Assembly: GCA_963796955.1 (NCBI GenBank)
Contig: CAWCNJ010000006.1
Location: 32,001-96,000, forward strand
From: Endomicrobiales bacterium
GTDB taxonomy: Bacteria; Elusimicrobiota; Endomicrobiia; Endomicrobiales; JALOBY01
Direction of reading: 5' to 3'
Length of the DNA: 64,000 nucleotides
The translations under genes were made by a program, and so were the position numbers. The notes below the pieces were generated by a model. The model was not told the origin of the DNA. It ran no database searches and saw only the letters and a list, made by a program, of their open reading frames with translations. Of this stretch, positions 18,759 to 28,259 are shown one piece after another. Position 1 is the first letter of the stretch; every line of letters begins with the position of its first letter.

Positions 18759-19257
18759 TATCCGACCCGCGTTCTAATTTTCTAACCGGCGATCTTTCAT
18801 ACACAGATAAAATGACCCCGGCATTTAAAAGCAGAAGGCCGGCAAAGACCAGCGGCATTCCAGGATCTTTCACCACGTCAATGCCGGACCAGGACGGATC
18901 CTGCGGATCATACGAGGCCTGATAAAAAGAATATCCCTTATAAGAAACAGGATGGTTTACCGTTAAAACACGTGACTGTTCCGGGAAGCCTTTATCCGTT
19001 ATTCTCAGCGAGCTCTTAAAGTTGTCGATCGAGCCGTTGGGGGCCTTGTCGATCTTGAAATCTTCCAGGAATATTGTAAAGCCCAGACCCTTCGTCACCA
19101 TGCCGTCGCGGTATCTGTCGCTTCCTGTTCCGGCGCGCAGGAAGACCGTGCCGCGCTCGCGCAGGCAGTACGTCCACAAACCGCCCGTTATCAAAACAAC
19201 AACGGCAGCATGGCTGACTATTTTCCCCAGGGTGCTTCCCGTACGGATATCGGTCAT
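18751..19257 (-). CDS. resB: Short ResB/CcsB-like cytochrome c biogenesis protein
   Basis: VNHPVSYKGYSFYQASY and VVKDPGMPLVFAG motifs; overlaps ccsA. Confidence 0.75.
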   Translation of the reverse strand: MTDIRTGSTLGKIVSHAAVVVLITGGLWTYCLRERGTVFLRAGTGSDRYRDGMVTKGLGFTIFLEDFKIDKAPNGSIDNFKSSLRITDKGFPEQSRVLTVNHPVSYKGYSFYQASYDPQDPSWSGIDVVKDPGMPLVFAGLLLLNAGVILSVYERSPVRKLERGSDNA

Positions 19258-19386
19258 AGGGCTATAGTAACAATAAGGAAGCCTTTTTCCCGTAGCGTGT
19301 TTCTTCTTGGGGCAGACTTTTTTCTCCCCTTGCGGGGAAAAGAGGGGGGAGTTAGGATTAAGTGTAGTGCGGGTGGATTTGTAGGG

Positions 19387-21498
19387 TTAAAAACCGCTTT
19401 GTTCTTCGGTGCCTATCTGGTTCACCACGGGGGCATTTTCATCTTCTATGGGGGTGTTAACCTGTGACTCTTTGACTTCATTCGCCTTAAAATAATAATT
19501 CTTCGGCTCGCTGCCTTTTAAAAAAGATTCCAGGTACGCGCCCGGCGTGCGGCTGAGCGCCAGCAGCCCGGTCTTCGGGTCCACCAGAGTAAATACCACA
19601 TCTTCAGGCGGACTGAACTGCTGCACCGGTTCGCCCGCCAGCGCGCCCTTCATAAAATTAGTCCAGATCGGGCAGGAAATCTTTCCGCCCGTGTTTTTAT
19701 TGCCGAGCGGGGAATGGTCGTCATAGCCCACCCACACGCCTGCGACCAGCTGCGGTGTGTAGCCCATGAACCAGGCGTCCGTGAAATCATTCGTGGTGCC
19801 CGTTTTGCCGGCCGCCGGCCTGCCCAGCTCCAGCGCCGCCATACCGGTGCCGTGCAGCACAACGCCGTGCAAAAGGTTGGTCATAACAAAGCAGGTCTGC
19901 GGGGAAAGCACGCTGGATTCCGCCGGTGAATTTTCTTCCAGCACCCGGCCGTCCTTGTCTTCGACACGCACGATGGAATACGGTTCGGTGCGTATGCCCC
20001 CTGAATCCAGCACGGAATACGCCCCGACCATTTCCAGCAGTGTCACGTCGCTTGATCCCAGCGCGAGGGAAAGCGTATTCGTCAGGGAACTTTTAATACC
20101 CATACGGCGGGCGTAATCGATAGCCCGCATCGGCCCCACATCCCGCAGGATGCGTATGGCGCAGGCGTTCAGCGAGTGTTCCAGAGCCGATCTCAACAGC
20201 ACTTTCCCGAAATATTTTTTAGCGTAGTTTTCCGGAATCCACACCTTCATCGGATCCTTTAATTCGTCCGCGGTCAGGCGCGTAAGATACCCCGTGGCAT
20301 CCGGTTCCAGCCGCCAATCCCTGCCGTCGTTTACAAAGACCATCTGTGTGTCGTCTACCACCGAGACCGGCGTGAAGCCGTTCTCTATCGCCGCGGTGTA
20401 GATGAACGGCTTGAAAGAAGAGCCCGGCTGCCGTTTTGCCTGCACGGCGCGGTTGAACTGCGACAGCCTGAAATCCCTGCCGCCCACCATGGCGCGGATG
20501 CCCCCGGTCTTCGGGTCTATGGCGAGCAGGGCGCCCTGCACCGCCTGAAAAGTAGATTTATGGGTCGTGTAATATTCCATGCGTTCGCTATCGAAGGCCG
20601 TGAGCCCTTCGCCCATGGCTTTTTCAGCGGCCTTCTGGGCTTTCAGGTCCAGGGTCGTATAAATAGAAAGGCCGCCCTGATAGATCATTTTGCTGCCGTA
20701 CTTCGGTTCCAGCTGCAGGCGCACCTGTTCAATAAAATACGGCGCGATAGCGGTGGGTATGGCCACTTTTTCAGAGATTATGGGGTAACTGTTCGCCGCC
20801 TTCTCCTCGTCGGCTTTAATATAGCCGAGCGAGCGCATGCGCATAAGCACGGTAGCGCGACGGCTGCGGGCGCGTTCGGCGTTATTGAACGGCGAATAAT
20901 AATTCGGCGCTCTCGGCAGGCCGGCGATCATGGCGCATTCGGCCAGGTTCAGGTCTTTAACATGCTTCGCGAAATAAATGCGCGCGGCCGATTCAACGCC
21001 GTAGGCGCCCGCGCCGAAATAGATCTGGTTAAGATAGAGCTGCAGTATTTCTTCTTTTGAGTAATTGCGTTCCAGCTGCAGGGTAAGCAGGACTTCTTTA
21101 ACTTTGCGGGACAGTGTTTTCTCGGACGTAAGGAATATTGTTTTGGCCAGCTGCTGGGTTATGGTGGAGCCGCCCTGCGCCGCCCGGTGCTTAACGATAT
21201 TGTTGAAGGCCGCCCGGATTATCCCTTTCGGCGAAATGCCCCAATGCTTGAAGAAATCCGCATCCTCGGTAGCTATCACGGCGTTTTGCAGATCCACCGG
21301 GATCTCTTTGAGCGGTGTCAGGGACCTTCTCTCAGTGAAGAGCTCGGTTATCAGCTGCCCTTTACAGTCGTATATTTTTGTAACAAGCGAAGGGGTGTAA
21401 TCCTCCAGCTTGTTGACAGAAGGAAGTTCTATGGAGCCTGCCGGAAGGATGCATTGGAACAACAGGGCTGCGGTGAGCAACGCGCGTAATATATTCAT
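19387..21498 (-). CDS. mrcA: Penicillin-binding protein 1A (class A transglycosylase/transpeptidase)
   Basis: EDADFFKHWG, GGSTITQQLAK, RKVKE, SSFK (SxxK), SLN and KTG motifs. Confidence 0.95.
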   Translation of the reverse strand: MNILRALLTAALLFQCILPAGSIELPSVNKLEDYTPSLVTKIYDCKGQLITELFTERRSLTPLKEIPVDLQNAVIATEDADFFKHWGISPKGIIRAAFNNIVKHRAAQGGSTITQQLAKTIFLTSEKTLSRKVKEVLLTLQLERNYSKEEILQLYLNQIYFGAGAYGVESAARIYFAKHVKDLNLAECAMIAGLPRAPNYYSPFNNAERARSRRATVLMRMRSLGYIKADEEKAANSYPIISEKVAIPTAIAPYFIEQVRLQLEPKYGSKMIYQGGLSIYTTLDLKAQKAAEKAMGEGLTAFDSERMEYYTTHKSTFQAVQGALLAIDPKTGGIRAMVGGRDFRLSQFNRAVQAKRQPGSSFKPFIYTAAIENGFTPVSVVDDTQMVFVNDGRDWRLEPDATGYLTRLTADELKDPMKVWIPENYAKKYFGKVLLRSALEHSLNACAIRILRDVGPMRAIDYARRMGIKSSLTNTLSLALGSSDVTLLEMVGAYSVLDSGGIRTEPYSIVRVEDKDGRVLEENSPAESSVLSPQTCFVMTNLLHGVVLHGTGMAALELGRPAAGKTGTTNDFTDAWFMGYTPQLVAGVWVGYDDHSPLGNKNTGGKISCPIWTNFMKGALAGEPVQQFSPPEDVVFTLVDPKTGLLALSRTPGAYLESFLKGSEPKNYYFKANEVKESQVNTPIEDENAPVVNQIGTEEQSGF

Positions 21499-21504
21499 AT
21501 AATT

Positions 21505-21533
21505 ATTATACCGCAAAGCGGGGCGGTTGTCAA
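21505..21533 (-). promoter_or_regulatory. Consensus sigma70 promoter, probably leaderless PBP1A mRNA
   Basis: TTGACA, 17 bp, TATAAT on the minus strand; the ATG at 21498 lies 6 nt downstream of the -10 box. Confidence 0.65.
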
Positions 21534-21562
21534 AAAACTACGTATATTATATAATTACTCCC

Positions 21563-23217
21563 ATGACGATAAAATTCACGGGACAACTATTATTGACGGT
21601 GTTGTTAGCGGGGGTGCTTTCGGCCTTCGGCGCCCCCGGGCCGCCGCACCGGCCGCTGCGCAAAAAAAATATGCGGTGCTGCTGGCCGATTTCGACGACG
21701 CGAACATTTCTACCGCCGCTATCAGGACTTTAGAAAGTCTTCCTTCTTTAAAAATAGCCGCCGTGTCGCGCGGCGCGGGAACTTCCAAATATGGGAAAGA
21801 AATGGAAACACTCGTTAAGGCGGGTCGTATCGAACCGGTGGTCTCCCTGACGGACGAGCCGGCGCTGCCGCTGATCTATGAATTCTCCACTTCAACGTCA
21901 ACGGATTTGCGCTTCGCCTGGCCCGACGATGTGGCTGATATTGTGGCGCGCGGTCAGGAACGGGTACTGCAAATCTGGCCGAGATCACCAAAAGGATTGC
22001 TGTTGGAGACCGGCGCCCTGGACGCGAATATCATGCCGCTTTTGAAAGCGCTCGATATTTCCTGGGTGGCGCTGCCTGCCGAAACCGCCGAGCGGAACAA
22101 TGAGTTTCCCGCAGGAGCATTCGACGGATGCGCGGTACTGCGCTATCGCACCATTGATTCACCGGGCGGTTTGGCCGCGGGCATCCGCGGTTCGTCGGCA
22201 CCGGTAGAGGTCTATATGATCGCGCACGCCTCACGGCTGACGCGAACGGAATTCGGCGCCTATGCGCAAGCGCTGCATGGCGCCGGCGCGGAAGCCGTGC
22301 TGCCGTCAATGGTCCCGAAAGCGCTGCAGCCCGCGCTCGATGCAAAACAGATCTCCGCCGATCTAAGCCGTTACACCGCCCGCAAGGACCTCTGGAAAAA
22401 ACTGGCCGCGGCAAGAACGGAGATAGAAAATTATAAGAATTCCGGGAACGCACAGCCCAAGACGCTTGAGGCCGCGCGCACCGAGTTGTACCATCTCTAC
22501 GCTTCACCATTGATCATGGCGCCGCAGCGGGCGGTGACGCAGGAAGAGGAACAGGGATTCCAGGCGGGCTTGTTCAACGTCTATCAGCTGGCGGGCAGGC
22601 AAATGCCGGCGGACCTGAACAATGGCGCGCCCTCCACCGCCGAACTTTTTATCTCGAGCGCGTCGGGCCAGTACCTGGTAGAATGTTCCAGCTATAATTT
22701 TGTGTATCATAACCCGCCCCGGGCTGACGGCGGCCCGGCGATAGCCAGCTTTTCCATGCAGCTGAACGATGAGGAAGTTTCCTACGCCGTAGCGCTTACC
22801 GGGCCTGCCCTGCCGGCTACCGCCTATGTGGACGTCTACATGGACCTGAACAACAGGCGCGGCGCCGGTTCCACTACCATGCTGCTGCCGATGACGGACG
22901 GGTACCTTGATCCCGAGGATGCCTGGGAATTCGCTTTGCAGATCGGACACGCGCAGGCGGTGCTTTACCGTGCCGGCCGGTTCCAAAACGCGGTAGTCGC
23001 GACCTTCAAAACAAAGAAGCCTTTTGAGGTTTCCGTGCCGCGCTCCTTCCTTAAGGGTAACGCTTTGCGGTGGGGTTATCAGGCAGTACTGGTCTCACCT
23101 TCAACGCAAAAAGATATTTTCGATATCTCGGATTTTCTGGTGAAAAACGAAGTGCAGCGCCTCAAAGTACTGAAGAATAAACCGACGTATCTGCCGGCCG
23201 CCAGGGTAAATAAATGA
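21563..23217 (+). pseudogene. Secreted protein with GH57-like N-terminal and glucodextranase/DOMON-like C-terminal region; signal peptide is out of frame (frameshift or sequencing error)
   Basis: Signal peptide MTIKFTGQLLLTVLLAGVLSAFG from ATG 21563 is one base out of frame with the 513-aa ORF 21676-23217; VDVYMDLNNRRGAG...DAWEFAL motif. Confidence 0.55.
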
Positions 23218-23627
23218 AGAATGGGGACACGATGAAAGAAGCCTTCAAGGTGCTGGTGGCAGAAGACGACCGTCAAATGTCCGCGATATTTTGCGCCGTG
23301 CTTAAAAAACAGGGCTACGCGGTGGAAAGCGTTTTCGACGGCGCCGAAGCCTTGAAGGTGCTGAGATCCTGGAAACCTCATTTAGTGGTGTTGGATGTGA
23401 TGCTGCCGGTGGTAGATGGTTTTCATGTGTGCCAGACGGTCAACGAGGATCATTCGTTCGACCCGCGCCCGAAGATACTTATCGTTTCAGGCCGCGGCAG
23501 CGACTGGGACCAGAACCTGGGTGCGGCCTGCGGCGCCGAAGATTATCTGGTAAAACCTTTCAGCAACCAGTATTTTTTGGATAAGGTTAAGGGTATTGCA
23601 GCCGCACGATCAGACGGATCCGTCTGA
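23214..23627 (+). CDS. Single-domain response regulator receiver
   Basis: VLVAEDD, LDVMLP, DG and KPF motifs. Confidence 0.9.
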   Translation: MKNGDTMKEAFKVLVAEDDRQMSAIFCAVLKKQGYAVESVFDGAEALKVLRSWKPHLVVLDVMLPVVDGFHVCQTVNEDHSFDPRPKILIVSGRGSDWDQNLGAACGAEDYLVKPFSNQYFLDKVKGIAAARSDGSV

Positions 23628-23647
23628 TCAGACCGATCGGTCGGATC
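23608..23647. repeat. 9-bp-periodic GATC palindromic array between convergent genes
   Basis: GATC at 23608, 23617, 23626, 23635 and 23644 (GATCAGACG GATCCGTCT GATCAGACC GATCGGTCG GATC). Confidence 0.8.
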
Positions 23648-23648
23648 T

Positions 23649-24560
23649 TTAAACATAACTGCTTTTAGGATTCTGTTTCGCTTTCCTCAGCTGGTCCTTG
23701 GCTTTTTCCAACGATTGCGCGTGATGGGTCACTTTTGCCGGATCTATCTGGGCGATACCCAGTGAGATCGTCATTAACGGGAATTGCTGTTCCCTGCCTT
23801 CGCCGTCCGTACCCCACAGATAGCCGCGCTTTCTCACATCCTCGTCGTATTGCTGCGGCACCAGCGCGTCAAAATCCCGTACCAGGCGTTCGGCTATGGC
23901 GTAGGCCTTGTTCGGCTGGCAGGCCAGCATAAAATCATCGGCGCCCATGTGCGCTATGAAATCCGACTTGGAGCCCAGCTCTGCGATGGCGCCGCGCAGG
24001 ATAACCGAGACCAGTTTAATAACGATGTCGCCGCGTTCGAACCCGTACTTCCCGTTGAAAGCGCGCAGGTTGTTAATGTCGGTATGCAGCAGCGCGAAGC
24101 TTTCTCCCGTTTCAAGACGCCGTTTGATCTCCGCCTCCATGGAAGTGTTGCCCGGCAACCCTGAGAGGGTGTTGGCGGCCCTGCTTTCCCGGGCACGGCG
24201 CAGCAGCCACTCGGAACGCGCGGTCAGCTCCAGCGGCTCGAAAGGTTTTCCCAGGTACTCATCGGCGCCCAGTTTTATGCCGGTGATCCGGTCTTTGGTT
24301 TTTGTCAGCGAGGTAAGGATTATAACGGGTGTCAGCCACAGGCCCGGGTTGTCCCGTATCTTTTCGCACACTTCAAAGCCTGTCATTTTCGGCATGTTGA
24401 CATCCAACACCACCAGATCCGGTTTTTCGGCAAGAGCCAGATTATAGGCCTCTTCTCCGTCGGACGCCGCGAGCACCGCGTACCCTTCCGTCTCGAACGT
24501 GAATTTCAACAGCTCTTGAACTTCCAGATCGTCATCCGCGATCAAAATGCGCGCTGGCAT
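23649..24560 (-). CDS. Response regulator with GGDEF-like diguanylate cyclase domain (variant GADDF)
   Basis: Receiver domain (ADDD, LDVNMP, KPF), then LSGLPGN, DINNLRAFNGKYGFERGD and HMGADDF. Confidence 0.85.
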   Translation of the reverse strand: MPARILIADDDLEVQELLKFTFETEGYAVLAASDGEEAYNLALAEKPDLVVLDVNMPKMTGFEVCEKIRDNPGLWLTPVIILTSLTKTKDRITGIKLGADEYLGKPFEPLELTARSEWLLRRARESRAANTLSGLPGNTSMEAEIKRRLETGESFALLHTDINNLRAFNGKYGFERGDIVIKLVSVILRGAIAELGSKSDFIAHMGADDFMLACQPNKAYAIAERLVRDFDALVPQQYDEDVRKRGYLWGTDGEGREQQFPLMTISLGIAQIDPAKVTHHAQSLEKAKDQLRKAKQNPKSSYV

Positions 24561-24571
24561 GGCACGTCCTT

Positions 24572-26077
24572 TTAAAAAAGTATTAGTACGATAACACCGA
24601 CAATCACCGCGATCGAAAGAATGCCCAGGGATGTGGAGGCGAAAGATTCGCTCTTTTCTTTAAGCTTCTTTTCAATGGAGCCGGTATGGGTTTTGACGGC
24701 CGCGTTCTTTACCTTATAGACCGTCAGTCTGGTCTGGGAAACAACGCCGGCCCGGTTGCGCGCCGCAAAAACGATCTCGTTGGCGCCGTTCTCCGGGATA
24801 ATGGCCGATACAAAATGGCCGTTCTCGTCTATTACCGCCGGCTTATTGTTTATGGTCAGCGTTGTTCCCGGTTTGGTGGTACCTTCAATATGCACGAATT
24901 CCGTATCCACCTCATCCTGATCCTTAGGCGTCTCTATAACTATCTCAGGCGGCGCTGCGTCGATTATGAATTGCACTGCCACCGAGAATTTCCCTTCAAA
25001 ACCCATGTCATCTACATACGACAGCCGGTAAAAATAGGTTCCATCACCCAGGCCGTATTTCTGCGTGTCGATGCGGGCTTTGTCGGTGATCGGATTGACT
25101 TCATCCACCAGCACGGTATTGAAAGAAGAGCTGCTTGATATCTGTATGTGGTAGCGGTTCACTCCGGCCCGGGCGCCCAGCGACTTGCTTTTGCTTTTTG
25201 CCGGTCCTTCGACGGGCGCCGCATTCCTGACGGCCGGTTCCTTAACATTAAGTTCCAGATAATGGGATTTTACCGTCGTAACGCCGACCGTCGAATGCAA
25301 GTTCCCTCCGGCAGGCGCGTTGAGCTCCGTCATGTCCAGTTCCGGCGGCAGCTCTCTGGCCAGTGAAGGCGGCTGGCGAAAGCGCACTTCCGTACCGAAG
25401 CCTTTGTTGACGGTCACGGTACGTCCCTGGGCGGTTACGTCGACATTTCCCTCATAAACTTCGACGAGTGTGGTTTTATCCTCTTTTAACTTGGTGCGGA
25501 AATCGGGCCGCTCTCCGTGTGCCACGATCTTCGGGTCTACGACGGTATCGGCCGTCAGGACCTTTGTCTGCGAGGCGCGCACGCCGCCCGATAAAAGATC
25601 TATCTCTTCCCGGGATTTTTCAGGCCGGAGTATGATCAGGGAATTCTCGTCCAGCTGCAAAACTTCGCCGGAAGGGAACTTTACTTTCGCGCGCGATTCC
25701 TGCAGCGTGCGCAGACCGTCCTCGTTAAACAGGTCCATGTTCGTGGTGGCCGTTTTCCATTCGGCTTCCGATTTCCTGCGAAAGCGCACGTCGTTAAGCA
25801 CATACACCAGGTGGGCCGCCCTCAGCGTTTCCTTTATCAACAGCATGGGCACCACAAGTTTTACGCCCGGTAAAATAACATTCGGGTCGGAAGAGGTCAT
25901 CTTGTTGTATTTCAATATTTCCGGCCAGCGCTGAGGGTCTTTCAGGTAATAATTAGCCACGCTCCAGAGCGTCTGGCCTTCTTTAACGGTAATTTCCTGC
26001 AGCACCTCGGCGAATGCCGTCTGAACGGCAAATAGCGCGGCAATGCAAAGGATCATTATCTTTGATGTGCGGATCAT
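24572..26077 (-). CDS. Secreted/membrane-anchored LysM + FecR + Ig-like domain protein
   Basis: Signal peptide; LysM VKEGQTLWSVANYYL; FecR-like DGLRT...LDENS...VEVYEGNV; C-terminal TM helix. Confidence 0.75.
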   Translation of the reverse strand: MIRTSKIMILCIAALFAVQTAFAEVLQEITVKEGQTLWSVANYYLKDPQRWPEILKYNKMTSSDPNVILPGVKLVVPMLLIKETLRAAHLVYVLNDVRFRRKSEAEWKTATTNMDLFNEDGLRTLQESRAKVKFPSGEVLQLDENSLIILRPEKSREEIDLLSGGVRASQTKVLTADTVVDPKIVAHGERPDFRTKLKEDKTTLVEVYEGNVDVTAQGRTVTVNKGFGTEVRFRQPPSLARELPPELDMTELNAPAGGNLHSTVGVTTVKSHYLELNVKEPAVRNAAPVEGPAKSKSKSLGARAGVNRYHIQISSSSSFNTVLVDEVNPITDKARIDTQKYGLGDGTYFYRLSYVDDMGFEGKFSVAVQFIIDAAPPEIVIETPKDQDEVDTEFVHIEGTTKPGTTLTINNKPAVIDENGHFVSAIIPENGANEIVFAARNRAGVVSQTRLTVYKVKNAAVKTHTGSIEKKLKEKSESFASTSLGILSIAVIVGVIVLILF

Positions 26078-28218
26078 GCGTGGACCTCGGATTTCAGCAC
26101 TTCCTGTTTCAGGTTCTTCGGCAGTGTGAAAATGAATTTAGAGCCGGACCCCACGGTGGATTCGGCCCAGATCCTGCCGTTATGGGACTCTACGATGTAG
26201 CGGCAGATGGTAAGGCCAAGGCCGGTGCCGCCTTTGTGCTGGCCGGCTACCTGCTGATATTTGTCGAATATTTTTCCGATGTAGTCCGTCGGTATGCCCT
26301 CGCCGGTATCGGCGACGGTTGCCTGGATGATATCACCGGTATCTTCCAGTTTGATGGTTATGCTGCCCTCTTCAGGCGTAAATTTAAGGGCATTGCCCAC
26401 CAGGTTCGCGAGCACCCTTTCCAGCAGTTCGATATCCGCGTTTATCAGGGGCAGGTTCTCCGGCGCTTCCAGCAGCAGCTTCACGTTCTTGCGCATCGCC
26501 TGACCTTCAGCTACTTCTATGACCCTCTGAGAAAGCATTTTAAGGTCGGTCGGCGCCAGGCTTAACGCTTTGCGGCCGGATTCCATCTTCGCCACGTCCA
26601 GGATGTCGTTTATCAGGTTCAGCAGGCGGCTTGAGGCGCGGTCTATCGTCTCAAGCATTTTGTGCTGCTGCGCGGTGATGGGCCCCGCGACGCCGTCTAT
26701 AAGGAATCTCAGGAAGCCGCGAATGGAGGTCATGGGGTTGCGCAGGTCGTGCGTTATGGAATGCAGGAAATCATCTTTCATGCGGTCCAGCTCGCGCTCC
26801 AGGGTGATGTTATGCAGTACGGTGACGACGCCCAGTTTTTCGTTCTTCTCCGGCGTCAGCACCTCTTGCGATGAAACCGAATAAAAGCTGGCCATGCCGC
26901 TGACCGAAAGATCAACTTCCTTTACCAGATTTTTCGCGGGATTATCGATGACCTCTTTGAGCGCCGGTTTCATGGGTTCCGCGGTCACGAAGTCCCAGAT
27001 AGACTTGTTCTGCAGATCGCTGTTCGGCAGGTTCAGCAGCAGGCGGGCCGGTTCGTTGACCAGCTGTACCAGATCGTTCTTATCGGTCATGATAATACCG
27101 TCGGCGATAGAATAGATCAGCGCCTCGTTCTTGATCTTTTCCGCGGCGATCTTGTCTACCTGCATGGCATCGTACACCTGCAGGGCTTCGGTCATGGCGT
27201 TGAAGGTCTCGGCGAAATCGCGCAGCTCGTCGTGGGTCTTCACGGTGATACGGGCATTGAAATCGTTTTGCCCTACCCGTCGGGCGGCGTGCGTCAGGGC
27301 CACCAGGGGGTTGGTAAGCGTGCGGGCAATGAACAACGCCAGCAGCGCCGCGGCGAACAGGGAGATCAGCACCAGCAGGATCGCCTGCCGCGTCATCTGG
27401 CGCACGGAGATGTAGGCTTCGTCCTTGTCCTGCTGGATAACCACGCCCCAATGCAGACCGGTGACCGGCGCGTAGGCGCCTACCATCCATTTTTTAGTCT
27501 GCGGGTCCTGATATTCGCTGGAGCCCACGGTTACCGCTTTAACTACCTGCCCGACGATGGGCAGGTTCATGGCGTTCGTTTTTGCAATGGCAAGCTCAGT
27601 TTTGGGATGAGCGATAATGCGTCCCTTGCCGTCCACCAGAAAGCCGTAGCCGGTGGAGGCGATCTTTGTGCCCGCTATTTTGTTCCACAGGCTTTTAAGG
27701 GAGACGGTGGTATACAGGCACAGTTGTTTGGAAAAGGGATACACGATATTTATCTGGGGGTTTTGGCCTGCGAAATACACATCGCTGATAGAAGATTCCG
27801 TCGGTGATTGCCAGAATTTGACGAACGTGAGGTCCTGTTCGCGGGAAAGAAGCTTGGGGTCTTTCTCCAGATCGGGGTTGTAGGCCTTCATCAACTCCGC
27901 ACCTTTTGAGTCGACTATCGATATGGCGACGAGGTTTTCATTGGAATCCAGCATGGTTTGCAGCACGGCCTGCCGGTCGCTCCAGGCCATTTGTCCCGCA
28001 AGCGTTTTGTTAACGTAGCTTATCTCCCGGTCAAGTTCCTGCAGGTAGGAACGCACGTTGTCGGCCAGCGATGCCGCGAGATTCGTTTGCAGCTCAAGGA
28101 TGGCCGCCTGCATGCCTGTTTTGTTAATGATCGTGGTGCGCCATCCCACCACAATAGCAGGCAGCACGGCAAGCAATGTCAATATAAGAAAAAATTTGGG
28201 AAAAAGCCGGAGCTTCAT
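26074..28218 (-). CDS. Sensor histidine kinase (Cache, HAMP, PAS, HisKA, HATPase)
   Basis: Two TM helices, HDLRNPMTSI H-box, NLVGNALKF, DTGEG and GGTGLGL. Confidence 0.93.
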   Translation of the reverse strand: MKLRLFPKFFLILTLLAVLPAIVVGWRTTIINKTGMQAAILELQTNLAASLADNVRSYLQELDREISYVNKTLAGQMAWSDRQAVLQTMLDSNENLVAISIVDSKGAELMKAYNPDLEKDPKLLSREQDLTFVKFWQSPTESSISDVYFAGQNPQINIVYPFSKQLCLYTTVSLKSLWNKIAGTKIASTGYGFLVDGKGRIIAHPKTELAIAKTNAMNLPIVGQVVKAVTVGSSEYQDPQTKKWMVGAYAPVTGLHWGVVIQQDKDEAYISVRQMTRQAILLVLISLFAAALLALFIARTLTNPLVALTHAARRVGQNDFNARITVKTHDELRDFAETFNAMTEALQVYDAMQVDKIAAEKIKNEALIYSIADGIIMTDKNDLVQLVNEPARLLLNLPNSDLQNKSIWDFVTAEPMKPALKEVIDNPAKNLVKEVDLSVSGMASFYSVSSQEVLTPEKNEKLGVVTVLHNITLERELDRMKDDFLHSITHDLRNPMTSIRGFLRFLIDGVAGPITAQQHKMLETIDRASSRLLNLINDILDVAKMESGRKALSLAPTDLKMLSQRVIEVAEGQAMRKNVKLLLEAPENLPLINADIELLERVLANLVGNALKFTPEEGSITIKLEDTGDIIQATVADTGEGIPTDYIGKIFDKYQQVAGQHKGGTGLGLTICRYIVESHNGRIWAESTVGSGSKFIFTLPKNLKQEVLKSEVHA

Positions 28219-28259
28219 GTACTAAGTCTAGGGGAAAAGCGCACTAAAGTCAACGAGTT

